Positions 1-9,639 of a stretch of 64,000 nucleotides of DNA are shown here, one piece after another. Below the pieces are notes generated by a model that was given only the letters and a program-made list of their open reading frames with translations, was not told where the DNA came from and searched no databases. A program made the position numbers and the translations under genes. The stretch lies in the UHGV virus genome UHGV-1383976; one strand, given 5' to 3'. Source of the stretch: a virus. Positions within the stretch are counted from its first letter, which is position 1. Each line of letters begins with the position of its first letter.

Positions 1-93
1 AAAAATTTCAAAATTCAAATTTGCAAAAATTTCAAAATTCAAATTTGCAAAAATTTCAAAATTCAAATTTGCAAAAATTTCAAAATTTGACTT
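1..93. repeat. 24-bp direct repeat (AAAAATTTCAAAATTCAAATTTGC) x ~3.8, iteron-like; array may continue upstream of window start
   Basis: Perfect copies at 1-24, 25-48 and 49-72; partial fourth copy 73-91 merges into the -35 of the downstream promoter. Confidence 0.9.
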
Positions 94-115
94 TCTCCCT
101 TTCTTGTGCTATAAT
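87..115 (+). promoter_or_regulatory. sigma-70-like promoter TTGACT-17nt-TATAAT with TGn extended -10
   Basis: ttgact at 87-92, 17-nt spacer, tataat at 110-115, tgc immediately upstream of -10; 75 nt upstream of first gene. Confidence 0.7.
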
Positions 116-190
116 TATAAATAGAAGAGATAAGTAGGGAAAGAATTTAGTAAATTTTCCCAACCCGCCACTATACTAAAGGAGACTTAT

Positions 191-1630
191 ATGTATATAC
201 CTAATGTGTCACCCCAACCGCGTCGAAAATCAACATTATCGCTCGACTGGACGCTTGAAACAGCAGTCGAGCGCACAGATTTTTTGGAAACCTATTTGGC
301 CAATCGAACCGTCCCCCTCTCTGAGTCTGACCTCGAAATGTGTGGAAACTATCTACTTTGGGGGCGTGGCTCGAACGGTCTAAACGCTGAACAAGAAGGC
401 TACGTCCAATTAGAGCGCCGCAACTCTACATGGGCCTCTAGCGCGAATACCCGCCAAGTGTCCTCAATTGAGGAGCTAACAGAAAACCCAACTTTTGATG
501 AGGCGCAATTTCACTCGCTGGCCGACACAACTTACAAGACGCCTAAACCAAACTTCTCACGTGAAGAATGTCTGCGCAAAGCCCCGCCTGAATTTATTCC
601 AATGCTGCGGGATTTGTTTGGACGCATTGATCGTGTTGAACTATCAATTGGATTTTATGATAGGGCGCACGGCAAACGCAAAACAGACTTACCCGAACGC
701 CTGACTCGCAAGTTTTCACCCGAAGAGTTGTTTGATTTAGAAGAACGCGCGCTTAGTTGGATAAACGGCCAGTATCTCAAGAAGAAACACCTTTTGGTGG
801 AGCTGAGACGCGAGCAATACACCATAAAGGACAGTTTTTCTAATACCCTAATGGCGCGACCCACAAATAAGTTTGTGGAGGAAGTTTCGCCGACATTTTG
901 TGGACCAGAATCAGCAGAAGATGGATTTTTGGTTCTCCCCATTGGCTTGTCTGACTCCACAAGACAAACGCAAGGCAAAAGTAAGTCGGCCGACTGGTTT
1001 TTGGAGTTTGAGGAACTCGCCGCGAAAAAAGACGATCCGACCTATCAGAGGCAAGCCCGCAAGTTGGAAAATCGACTAATTGAGCGAGGAATTTGTCAGC
1101 CACATAAGACGTCTAAAAAGACACAAGAACCTCAAAAATCGGTCATGCCATTTGGTTTTCTTACAATCGACTTCCGCAATCCGACCCACATTTGTAGATT
1201 GTTGGATAGCCAAAAGCTACTAATAACTGACCCCTCTCTCTCACGAGTGCGCGATACCCTTGATTTTTATGTGCGGCAAGCCAATTTGACTCCCGTTCAA
1301 CAAAAAGTGCTTGAACTCAAACTAGCCGGTAAACAAAATATGGATATCAAGGAAATTGTCAATAAAGAATTTGACCGCTCTTATCAGACAAACTACATTT
1401 CTACCATTTATCGGCAATACGTAGCCCCCGCAATTGCGGATGCGGCAACTCGTCATTTGGAAATTGTGCGCGCTATCGCTGAGGGGCCAGAACGTTTCAA
1501 ACGCTGTTCAGTCTGCGGCCGCTTGTTGGTAGAAAGTGAAACCTATTTCATACACAAGAGCCGCGCGAAATCAGGTTTTTCAGCTCGCTGTAAACAGTGT
1601 GATCACGACTATCGGAAAAGGAGAAAATAA
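191..1630 (+). CDS. Putative DNA-binding regulator: sigma-70 region-4/LuxR-like HTH (LTPVQQKVLELKLAGKQNMDIKEIVNKEF) plus C-terminal C4 zinc ribbon (CSVCG...CKQCDH); function unknown
   Basis: ATG at 191 with GGAG RBS; 479-aa ORF; HTH-like and CxxC..CxxC motifs read from translation; GC content visibly higher than in tail/replication genes. Confidence 0.5.
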   Translation: MYIPNVSPQPRRKSTLSLDWTLETAVERTDFLETYLANRTVPLSESDLEMCGNYLLWGRGSNGLNAEQEGYVQLERRNSTWASSANTRQVSSIEELTENPTFDEAQFHSLADTTYKTPKPNFSREECLRKAPPEFIPMLRDLFGRIDRVELSIGFYDRAHGKRKTDLPERLTRKFSPEELFDLEERALSWINGQYLKKKHLLVELRREQYTIKDSFSNTLMARPTNKFVEEVSPTFCGPESAEDGFLVLPIGLSDSTRQTQGKSKSADWFLEFEELAAKKDDPTYQRQARKLENRLIERGICQPHKTSKKTQEPQKSVMPFGFLTIDFRNPTHICRLLDSQKLLITDPSLSRVRDTLDFYVRQANLTPVQQKVLELKLAGKQNMDIKEIVNKEFDRSYQTNYISTIYRQYVAPAIADAATRHLEIVRAIAEGPERFKRCSVCGRLLVESETYFIHKSRAKSGFSARCKQCDHDYRKRRK

Positions 1631-2059
1631 ATGAAAGAAAAAGAAAATAAAGTCTCTATGAAACAGTTTCAAGAATTCTTGGACTTGTTCTCACAACTTC
1701 AAATTTATGACCTAATTGCGCTGTGCCAGATTATGAGCACTCCGATGGGTTATGAAAAACAAGAAGGGGAGGAACGCGCACGGCCGCGTGAGTTAGCTGA
1801 CATTTTGGAGGAAGTGATGGATAAGTTTCTAGCGCTTCCGAGGACAAGCCGCAAAGACCTGTTGAAGGTAATGCGAGTTGCTGTCAAAAATCCATCACCT
1901 GAACCCAAAGAATTCACAAAGATGGCAGCCGCGAAATCGGGTAAGTTGGCCACTCCATCAAACGATTCGATTGAATGTGTCGATGGTAAACCCGCTCTAC
2001 AGACTTGCTCCACTAACACGTGCGGCGTTGCTTCAAAAACAAGTGAAGGTGATACCTAA
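1631..2059 (+). CDS. Hypothetical protein (142 aa)
   Basis: ATG overlaps upstream stop (TAAATG); co-directional with neighbours, no recognisable motif. Confidence 0.5.
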   Translation: MKEKENKVSMKQFQEFLDLFSQLQIYDLIALCQIMSTPMGYEKQEGEERARPRELADILEEVMDKFLALPRTSRKDLLKVMRVAVKNPSPEPKEFTKMAAAKSGKLATPSNDSIECVDGKPALQTCSTNTCGVASKTSEGDT

Positions 2060-3087
2060 TGCCCAGACTCGGACCACAGATGATTCATCCACGAATTGAA
2101 ACACAGACTTGTTCATGGTGCGGGTCGCTTTTAGGAAGTGATGAATTTGCTTACACAAATTCTCCTTTCTATCCTAGAAAGCGTCTTCCGATGTGTAATT
2201 CGTGCATCAAACAGTATTTGGTTGAAAAAGACTTTCAGTGGGATGCTATTGACCGCATTTGTCAGTGCGCTGACATTCCGTTTGTCCCACGAGAGTTTGA
2301 GCGAGTTCATAACGAGAAAGGCGATGATTGTTTCTCCATCTACGCGGCGCTTTTTGCGACCTCTGAATATGAGGGGCTTGGATGGGACAATTATTACAAG
2401 GCTTATAAACAATTGCGCGATAACGGCCAGTTGATTGATGAGCTTCCATTGCTAGCAGAAGACAAGCGCGCAAAATTGATCGACCGATGGGGCGCCAATT
2501 ATGATGATGAAGCTTTGACATACCTTGAACAACTTTATCAAGGCTTACAGGCCACACAGAATATTGCAGGTGCTCTCCAAAGCGACCAAGCCTATAAAAT
2601 TTGTAAGATTTCCTATGAGATTGACTGCCGCATTAGAGAGGGTGTTGATTTTGATAAGCTGTTGGGTTCTTATGATAAGCTTGTCAAGACAGCCGAATTT
2701 ACACCGAAAAATGCGAAAAATGCGGCAGACTTTGATACCACGGGAGAATTGATTAAGTTCTTAGAGAAAAAAGGTTGGCGTTGTAAATACTATGATGGCG
2801 TTACAAGAGATATTGTTGATGAAACAATCAAAAACATTCAAGCCTACAACCAACGTCTTTACACAAATGAAAGCGGCCTTGGCGAAGAAATAACTCGTCG
2901 CATTGAAGCCCTTGAACGTGCGAAAAAACTTGAAGGCGCGGAGCAGTCTTTTGAAGAGCGTTATTATGGCGAGAGCGCGGATGTTAGTGATAATGAAGCT
3001 GACCTCTATGAAACCGAAGGCTACAAGGAGCTTCTTTCAATGGATGGCGACGATTTTGAAGCAGAGGTTGAAGGTTATGACTCCTAA
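2059..3087 (+). CDS. Hypothetical protein with N-terminal zinc ribbon (CSWCG...CNSC) and acidic C-terminus; terminase small subunit candidate by position only
   Basis: 342-aa ORF immediately upstream of and overlapping the terminase large subunit start by 11 nt. Confidence 0.45.
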   Translation: MPRLGPQMIHPRIETQTCSWCGSLLGSDEFAYTNSPFYPRKRLPMCNSCIKQYLVEKDFQWDAIDRICQCADIPFVPREFERVHNEKGDDCFSIYAALFATSEYEGLGWDNYYKAYKQLRDNGQLIDELPLLAEDKRAKLIDRWGANYDDEALTYLEQLYQGLQATQNIAGALQSDQAYKICKISYEIDCRIREGVDFDKLLGSYDKLVKTAEFTPKNAKNAADFDTTGELIKFLEKKGWRCKYYDGVTRDIVDETIKNIQAYNQRLYTNESGLGEEITRRIEALERAKKLEGAEQSFEERYYGESADVSDNEADLYETEGYKELLSMDGDDFEAEVEGYDS

Positions 3088-6000
3088 AAAAATTCCTCTT
3101 TTATTAGAGAAAAAAGAAAATATGTTCCGAGCGCCTGATCGACCAGTGCGCGACGGTATTGAGCTTGAGAAGGGAGTCGCCCTTTCAGAGCAATATTTAG
3201 AAGAACATTTAGAGGACATTGAAAATGTAATGGGTACGTTTATTGCGTATCCTGATATTTATCTTGACACGATAGCAACAGAGAACTCACCTTCTTTGTT
3301 TTTCTATCAGCGCATCACCTTGCGCGCTATTATGAGATTTAAGGAAATATATATCTGTGCCTGTTTGAAAGGTGATACTCCAATTCTTACAGAACATGGA
3401 ATGGTTCCCATAAAAGATTTTGATCCAACAGAGCGAGTGTGGAGTGATGGCCAGTGGCGAAAAGTAGAAAACCTTAATCGACGTGAATGGCATGGAAATT
3501 TGTGTCAAATTTCGGCTGATAACTGCTTTGAAGATACAATTACAACAACTGATGACCACAAATTTTTGGTAGTGCCGCGCAAGAATAATGCGGCCCGTCC
3601 GGGGCTGTTTTGGAGAAAAGGATTAGACTTTTTTGGTATTCCAAACTACAATGAGCGGAAGGAATTTTACCGAAAAGCTTTGCGCGAAGTCATACCTCGA
3701 TGGGTTGAGGCAAAAGATCTTACTGACAATGATTGGCTTTTATCGTCAATCGACCTTGAGATGCGCGACATTGAAAAATTGAAAACGCCAACACCACCTA
3801 AGAAAGCAACTAATCTAATTCCGCCAGAAATTGAGTTAAACAATGATTTCTATGAATGGCTTGGAATTTGGCTCGCAGAAGGCGGTTGGGACGAACATCG
3901 AGTTGTTTTTACAATTTCAACCGAGGAAGAGCGTCTCAAAAATCGCATTATTGAGTTGTCTGAAAAAATTTTTGGGCTAACGCCACGTGTGTATGCTCAA
4001 CCTGAGCATCACAAGCAAAACCTTTCGATCGGTAGTACGCATTTAAGTCTGTTTTTCTCTCAGCTTTTCCAGTGCGCGCCCAATGAAATGAACCAATGGA
4101 ACAAATGGATTCCACAAACTCTAATTCATTGCGACCCGCACAAACAACTTCAACTTGTAAAGGGCTGGCTTGATGGAGATGGATATTATCGAAAAATTGG
4201 TAATTCACCACGCTATAAGGGGACTACAGTTTCTAATCAGTTGTGCGAGGGCATCAAAAATATCCTCTATCGAAATTTTGTAAATCCATCTATTACGACT
4301 GAAGTTCGTCCTAAAAAGGCAAAAGTATATAACATTAATTTTAATGGTGCATTAGCTTTTGAATTTGAAGAAGCAATAAATAATAATAGGCCTGTTCGCA
4401 TAGATGAAACAATGCGACTTGGAGAATATTATCCCGTCAAGTATGGCAATAAGTTTTATATGCGGAACAAGGTTCGAGAAGTTAAAATTTTACCGTCAGA
4501 TGATGAGGATGTTTATTGCCTTCAAATGGAGAACAAAACATTTTGTATCAATGGTGTAGAAGGGCATAATTGTCGCGCATACTCGAAGAGCTTTATCTCA
4601 ATTTTGGCAATGATGTTGGAATGTATTTTTATTCCGGGAACTCGTAGATTTATCTGTGCCCCCAACAAGAAGCAGGGCGCGCAAATAGCCAAAGAAAAGA
4701 TAAATGAAATTTATGACAAGTGGCCTCTTATAAGGCGAGAAGTGGTCAGAGGCGATATTGACCCAATGCCGGGAAATTTTGGTTCAGATTATGTCAGCTT
4801 GACGTTTCGTAATGGCTCTACATTCGAAGTTTGTGGTGCATTGGAAAGCACCCGTGGATTGCGTAAATATGGTGGTTTGATAGACGAGATTCGTGATCAT
4901 GAGGAACAACCGATAAGTGAAATTGTCCTTCCTCTTCTCAATGTTTCACGCCGTCTTCCTGATAATACTGTAAATCCACGTGAGCCAAATCAACAAACAA
5001 TTTTTGCTACAAGTGCCGGCACTAAAATGTCATTTGCTTATGACAAGCTTATCTCGGTTTTTGAGAATTCGATTATTCTGCCGAGCCAATCATTTACATT
5101 CGGCTGTGATTACCGTGTACCCATGATGCACGGGCTTGTAGATAGGAAATACATCAACAATCTAAAAATGGACCCATCTTTCAATGAAGAAAGTTTCGCC
5201 CGTGAATATATGTCATTGTGGAGCGGGGCTTCTGACGAAAGTTGGTTCAATTTTAGCAAAATGGAAAAGCATCGCAAAATAAAAAATCCAGAATTTCACG
5301 CGAATTTTAGAGCCGGAGTCAATCAATTCTACTTTATTTCGGTAGACGTAGCAAGATTGGCCGGCTGCCAAACTGTTGCGTGTGTTTTTCGTGTAAATAT
5401 TAAAAATGATAGATACTATGCAACACTTGTAAATGTTATTGTGCTTGGTAAGCAAATGGAGCTAAAAACATTTACTCAACAGGCAATTGACCTCAAAAAA
5501 CTTATTAGGGACTATAAACCAAAAGAGTGTCTTATAGACACAAATGGTTTGGGTGTTGGTCTTGCTGATGAAATGATAAAAGTCCATTATGATGAACACG
5601 GTGAAATGCTTCCAGCATATGGCTTCTTCAATGATGACTCTTATAAAAAAGTGCAGCCAAAAGATGCTATTTGTATCTTATATTCAATGAAAGCCAATGG
5701 CCCATTGAACAGTGAAATACATGGGACAACTTATGCCCGCATAAATGGCGGTATGATTCAGTTTCTGATAAAAGAGCAAGATGCGAAAATCGCTTTGCTC
5801 GCTACAAAAGTAGGACAGAAGATGAGTATTGAACAGCGCATCAAGCGACTTATGCCGCATGAAATGACGTCGAGTCTTTTTGAAGAAATGGCTAATCTTC
5901 GTTTGAAAAGAACAGGCTCTGGCACTGACATAGTGCTCGAACAAATCAATACTCGATTCCCTAAAGATAAATACTCTGCTTTTTCCTATGGCGTTTGGCG

Positions 6001-6094
6001 TATCAAACAATTAGAGGATGAAGCAACTAAAAAGCGTCGGCGCCGCACACCCGGTGTAAAGCGCCAACTAACCTTTTTTTCAGGAGGTCGCTAA
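3077..6094 (+). CDS. terL: Terminase large subunit (ATPase + nuclease) interrupted by an intein
   Basis: Start chosen at ATG 3077 (GAAGG RBS), overlapping the upstream gene. Extein sequence KEIYICA|CRAYSKSF... reconstitutes a P-loop-like Walker A once the intein is removed. Large C-terminal region is of terminase size. Position is directly upstream of the portal gene. Confidence 0.8.
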   Translation: MTPKKIPLLLEKKENMFRAPDRPVRDGIELEKGVALSEQYLEEHLEDIENVMGTFIAYPDIYLDTIATENSPSLFFYQRITLRAIMRFKEIYICACLKGDTPILTEHGMVPIKDFDPTERVWSDGQWRKVENLNRREWHGNLCQISADNCFEDTITTTDDHKFLVVPRKNNAARPGLFWRKGLDFFGIPNYNERKEFYRKALREVIPRWVEAKDLTDNDWLLSSIDLEMRDIEKLKTPTPPKKATNLIPPEIELNNDFYEWLGIWLAEGGWDEHRVVFTISTEEERLKNRIIELSEKIFGLTPRVYAQPEHHKQNLSIGSTHLSLFFSQLFQCAPNEMNQWNKWIPQTLIHCDPHKQLQLVKGWLDGDGYYRKIGNSPRYKGTTVSNQLCEGIKNILYRNFVNPSITTEVRPKKAKVYNINFNGALAFEFEEAINNNRPVRIDETMRLGEYYPVKYGNKFYMRNKVREVKILPSDDEDVYCLQMENKTFCINGVEGHNCRAYSKSFISILAMMLECIFIPGTRRFICAPNKKQGAQIAKEKINEIYDKWPLIRREVVRGDIDPMPGNFGSDYVSLTFRNGSTFEVCGALESTRGLRKYGGLIDEIRDHEEQPISEIVLPLLNVSRRLPDNTVNPREPNQQTIFATSAGTKMSFAYDKLISVFENSIILPSQSFTFGCDYRVPMMHGLVDRKYINNLKMDPSFNEESFAREYMSLWSGASDESWFNFSKMEKHRKIKNPEFHANFRAGVNQFYFISVDVARLAGCQTVACVFRVNIKNDRYYATLVNVIVLGKQMELKTFTQQAIDLKKLIRDYKPKECLIDTNGLGVGLADEMIKVHYDEHGEMLPAYGFFNDDSYKKVQPKDAICILYSMKANGPLNSEIHGTTYARINGGMIQFLIKEQDAKIALLATKVGQKMSIEQRIKRLMPHEMTSSLFEEMANLRLKRTGSGTDIVLEQINTRFPKDKYSAFSYGVWRIKQLEDEATKKRRRRTPGVKRQLTFFSGGR
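3362..4570 (+). mobile_element. Intein (403 aa): Hint domain with nested LAGLIDADG homing endonuclease, inserted in terminase P-loop
   Basis: N-terminal splice motif C-LKGDTPILT. Two LAGLIDADG-like blocks (LGIWLAEGG and VKGWLDGDGYY). C-terminal ...VEGHN followed by extein Cys (HN|C) at 4565-4573. Confidence 0.85.
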
Positions 6095-6097
6095 TGA

Positions 6098-7633
6098 ATG
6101 GCGAATGAAGTAAAGGATACGATTGGCGCACGTCAGGTAAAGAAACGAAATTTCAACTTGACTGCTCTTGAGGGCGCCAAAGTTCCAGTTGTACCGACTA
6201 GTGAAACCAGTTGGACGCAACTTTCATACGGTATTCCGCGGCGTTATGGTTATTTTGGGCGCGATCGTTATGACGAAAAAGATATCAAGGACATTATCGA
6301 AAATGGTGATGTCCTTGCTCAGCAAAAACTTTCTCGTTATTTTTATGAGCGTAGCCCGCTGTATCGCCAACAAATTATACATTACGCATCTATTTTGAAA
6401 TATGTTGGGATTCTTATTCCGCACAGTAAAAGCGGCTCTCTCTCCACTCCTAACATAAAGAAGAGATACGAGCGTGGTTTAGAGTTTGTGGAACACTTCA
6501 ATTTACCTAAATATGGCTTTGAATGGTCAGAAAAGGCTCTTGTGGATGGTTGTTATTACGGCGTTATTCAAGACATTACAAAAGATAGTATTTCAATTCT
6601 TGATTTGCCAATGCGCTACTGCGTGAGCCGTTTCAAAGACCCAAATGGAAATGATTTGATTGAATTTGATGTGTCATATTTTGACACAATTGCTGACGAG
6701 GGTTCTCGTGAAATTGCGCTTGATACTTATCCGCAACTGATAGCAAATCACTATCGTGCATGGAGTCGCCGCAAGAGTGTGTCAAATAAGTGGGTAATGA
6801 TTCCGGCTGACATTGGTATTTGTTTCCCAATGTTGAGCAGCGGCTTACCTTTCTTTTTGCCGATTTTACCGTCAATTTTACAGTATGAAGATACTGTCGA
6901 AATTGAACGTGAGCGCGACCTTGAAGAAATTAGAAAGATAATTGTTCAGAAAATCCCGCATAATACATCCACTAATGAGCTTTTATTTGAGCCTGATGAG
7001 GCCCTTGAAATGCATGAAGGTACTGTTGCTATGATGGGCGGTAATAAAAATGTTAGTGTCCTTACAACCTATGCGGACGTCGATGCAATTGTTTCTAAAA
7101 CTTCGTCTGAAGCATCGTCCAATTCAATCGAAAAAATGCTGCAGAATGTGTTCAATAAGTCGGGTGTTAGCCCGCAATTGTTTGCATCTACTGGCAGTAC
7201 TACTCTAAAAATGTCTATCAGAAAAGACATCGCTTTTATGATGACAATGGCTAACAAATATGCTACTTTTCTGACTGGCATTTTGAATAAGTTGTTTGGC
7301 AATTCTAATATAAGTTTCAAATATGAAATTCTTCCTGTTGGAGAGCAAAACTGGGATGACTACATCAAGTCTGCAAAAGAACTTGCTTCTCTTGGCTATA
7401 GCTGGCTTGTACCATCTATCGCGCAAGGCATTTCTCAGCGCGACCTCAGTGATATCAAGCAACTTGAGAATGATGTTTTGAAATTGCCTGAAAATCTGAT
7501 TCCGCTTCAATCCGCCTACAACGCAATTGCAGGCGAGGTTGGCGCGCCAAAGAAACAAGAAGAGGAAAAAGCTGAACAAACAATCAAAAATGAAAAATCA
7601 TTAGATAATACAGCGGGAGGTTCGGTTAGCTAA
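6098..7633 (+). CDS. Putative portal protein (511 aa)
   Basis: Immediately downstream of terL with AGGAGG RBS; size and position typical of portal; no motif verified. Confidence 0.45.
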   Translation: MANEVKDTIGARQVKKRNFNLTALEGAKVPVVPTSETSWTQLSYGIPRRYGYFGRDRYDEKDIKDIIENGDVLAQQKLSRYFYERSPLYRQQIIHYASILKYVGILIPHSKSGSLSTPNIKKRYERGLEFVEHFNLPKYGFEWSEKALVDGCYYGVIQDITKDSISILDLPMRYCVSRFKDPNGNDLIEFDVSYFDTIADEGSREIALDTYPQLIANHYRAWSRRKSVSNKWVMIPADIGICFPMLSSGLPFFLPILPSILQYEDTVEIERERDLEEIRKIIVQKIPHNTSTNELLFEPDEALEMHEGTVAMMGGNKNVSVLTTYADVDAIVSKTSSEASSNSIEKMLQNVFNKSGVSPQLFASTGSTTLKMSIRKDIAFMMTMANKYATFLTGILNKLFGNSNISFKYEILPVGEQNWDDYIKSAKELASLGYSWLVPSIAQGISQRDLSDIKQLENDVLKLPENLIPLQSAYNAIAGEVGAPKKQEEEKAEQTIKNEKSLDNTAGGSVS

Positions 7634-9060
7634 TGAGTAAAAAGATTACTCAGTTCGATGTGCAGCTGTATGGTGATTTACAGCCGTACAACCAAGTCCT
7701 CTCAAAATGTCGTTGCCGCATTTTTTATAAGTATGAAAACCGCAATGGCGGTTTTATTACAGATGAATTTGCTGATAAGCTCGTCGCGACTTTGCCTTAT
7801 GTCCCTGTAAAGGGTATTTATGACAAATTCAATGATGACTATACCGACCATGGCAAGAACCGTGATGAGGGCCGCATTTATGGTATTGTGCCTGAATCAC
7901 GTAACTTTGCGTGGGAGCCGCACGTTGATGACGATGGTGTTGAACGCATTTATGCGTGCTGCGATGTTCTCGTCTTTACGGCCCTTTATCAGGAAGCTAG
8001 TGAAATTATTTCTAAAGGTCAATCAATGGAGCTTTTTGCGCCTTCGATAAAGGGCAGTTGGAAAACAATTCACGGTCAGCGTTTATTTGTATATACTGAT
8101 GCTTGTTTCCTTGGGCTTCAAGCCTTAGGGGACGATGTAGAGCCTTGTTTTGAAGGCGCGGCATTTTTTACTTTATATTCTAACTTACAAGAGGCAGTTG
8201 ACAAGCTTGAGCAATTTGCTTTAGATAATTCAACTGTCGACAATGGAGGACAAGAAATGGATAAACTCAATTTCAAGCTCAGCGATAGTCAGAAGTTCGA
8301 TATGCTTTTCTCTGCGCTGAACCCTGAGTATAATGAGGAAGGCAATTGGAGTGTTGCTTATTCTATTTGCTCTGTCTATGATGAATATGCTATCGCGTAT
8401 GATTATGAAAACAATCGCTACGTGCGGGCTTATTACACCAAGAATGACGAAGACGATTCAATTTCTCTTGGCGAGGTCGTCGAAGTTTATATTGTTGACG
8501 TGACCGAGAGCGAAAAGAAGACTCTCGATACTATTCAGGCAATAAATGGCGGCAGCTTTGAGAAGGCTGACGAAATTTATTCCAAGAATGAAGAACTAAC
8601 CAATCAGGTTTCTACTCTTGAGGGTCAAGTTTCTGAGTTCCAGACTCAAGTTGAAACTTTCAATTCTGAAAAGGAAAATTTTGAACAGCAAATTGTAGAG
8701 CTGAATAACGCAAACGCTACTTTACAAACGGAGAATGAAAATTCTGTCGCAGAACTCTCTACTTTGAAGGAAGAAGTTGAACAGCTTCGCGCATTTAGGC
8801 TCAACGCCGAAACGGCTGAAAAAGAATCAATTCTCCAAAAGTATTCTAAGTCTCTTCCTGAAGAAACTCTCAAGAAATACAGTGAGAGTCTTGAGAAGTT
8901 TGCGATTGCTGATTTGAAGAAAGAATTGGCCTTTGAAATGGTGGAGCATAATCCAAATTTATTCAATTTGGAGACTCCCGCTCAGTACGTCCCGAAAGAA
9001 GTTCATACGGGCGGTATTGAGGATATCTTATCCAAATATACTAATAAAATGGAGGACTAA
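7633..9060 (+). CDS. Putative scaffolding-like protein with long C-terminal coiled coil (475 aa)
   Basis: TAATG overlap with portal stop. Heptad-rich segment (ELTNQVSTLEGQVSEFQTQVETFNSEKENFEQQIVELNNANATLQTENEN...). Lies between portal and capsid genes. Confidence 0.4.
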   Translation: MSKKITQFDVQLYGDLQPYNQVLSKCRCRIFYKYENRNGGFITDEFADKLVATLPYVPVKGIYDKFNDDYTDHGKNRDEGRIYGIVPESRNFAWEPHVDDDGVERIYACCDVLVFTALYQEASEIISKGQSMELFAPSIKGSWKTIHGQRLFVYTDACFLGLQALGDDVEPCFEGAAFFTLYSNLQEAVDKLEQFALDNSTVDNGGQEMDKLNFKLSDSQKFDMLFSALNPEYNEEGNWSVAYSICSVYDEYAIAYDYENNRYVRAYYTKNDEDDSISLGEVVEVYIVDVTESEKKTLDTIQAINGGSFEKADEIYSKNEELTNQVSTLEGQVSEFQTQVETFNSEKENFEQQIVELNNANATLQTENENSVAELSTLKEEVEQLRAFRLNAETAEKESILQKYSKSLPEETLKKYSESLEKFAIADLKKELAFEMVEHNPNLFNLETPAQYVPKEVHTGGIEDILSKYTNKMED

Positions 9061-9065
9061 TACAT

Positions 9066-9620
9066 ATGGCTATCAAAAGACTCGTTATTGATGGTTTTGG
9101 CCAGATTGAGTTAAACAATGTGGCTTTCCGTAGAGACGGTCGCGTTGAAGCCCAGTGCGCCCTTGACGCCGAGGACTTCGCTAGCGTTCCTGCGGAAAAT
9201 GGTATGCTTTTGGCCGTTGATAAGGCTAATCGCTGCATAAAATTTTATAATGCTTCTGAGGATCTTCCTCTGGCAATAAATTATAGTTCTGAGCATCTTT
9301 ATGATGAGCGCCTCAACGCTCTGAAGGACTTTAGTCTCAAGCCCGGTCAGCTTTATCCTCGTATGGGTTATCCCGCTATCGGTGACTTGTTTACTACTAA
9401 CACACTGTGCTATGACGATACCGAGTATACAAGTGAGGATGCTCTTTTGACTGCACTCAAGGCTTGCAATACCGCTGTTGTTTATGCTGGTGCTTCCACC
9501 AATGGTGCTTGGAAGGTTTCTGCTACTAAGCCGACTGCTGGTGTCATTGCTAAGGTTGTCAAGGCTTACAGTATGCCTGATGGTCAGTTCGGCGTCAAGC
9601 TCCAGATTCTTGGTTGCTAA
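9066..9620 (+). CDS. Hypothetical head-associated protein (184 aa)
   Basis: Strongly codon-biased ORF between scaffold-like and capsid genes. Confidence 0.4.
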   Translation: MAIKRLVIDGFGQIELNNVAFRRDGRVEAQCALDAEDFASVPAENGMLLAVDKANRCIKFYNASEDLPLAINYSSEHLYDERLNALKDFSLKPGQLYPRMGYPAIGDLFTTNTLCYDDTEYTSEDALLTALKACNTAVVYAGASTNGAWKVSATKPTAGVIAKVVKAYSMPDGQFGVKLQILGC

Positions 9621-9639
9621 TTGAGGAGGTATTTTGAAT

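Noticed and set aside
1-93. Possible CRISPR array
   Set aside because: Perfect direct repeats with no intervening unique spacers and no cas genes; iteron/tandem repeat instead
495-1103. Overlapping small ORFs on both strands within gene 191-1630 and similar ones inside terL, portal, polymerase and the tail genes
   Set aside because: Embedded in longer well-supported frames; treated as spurious
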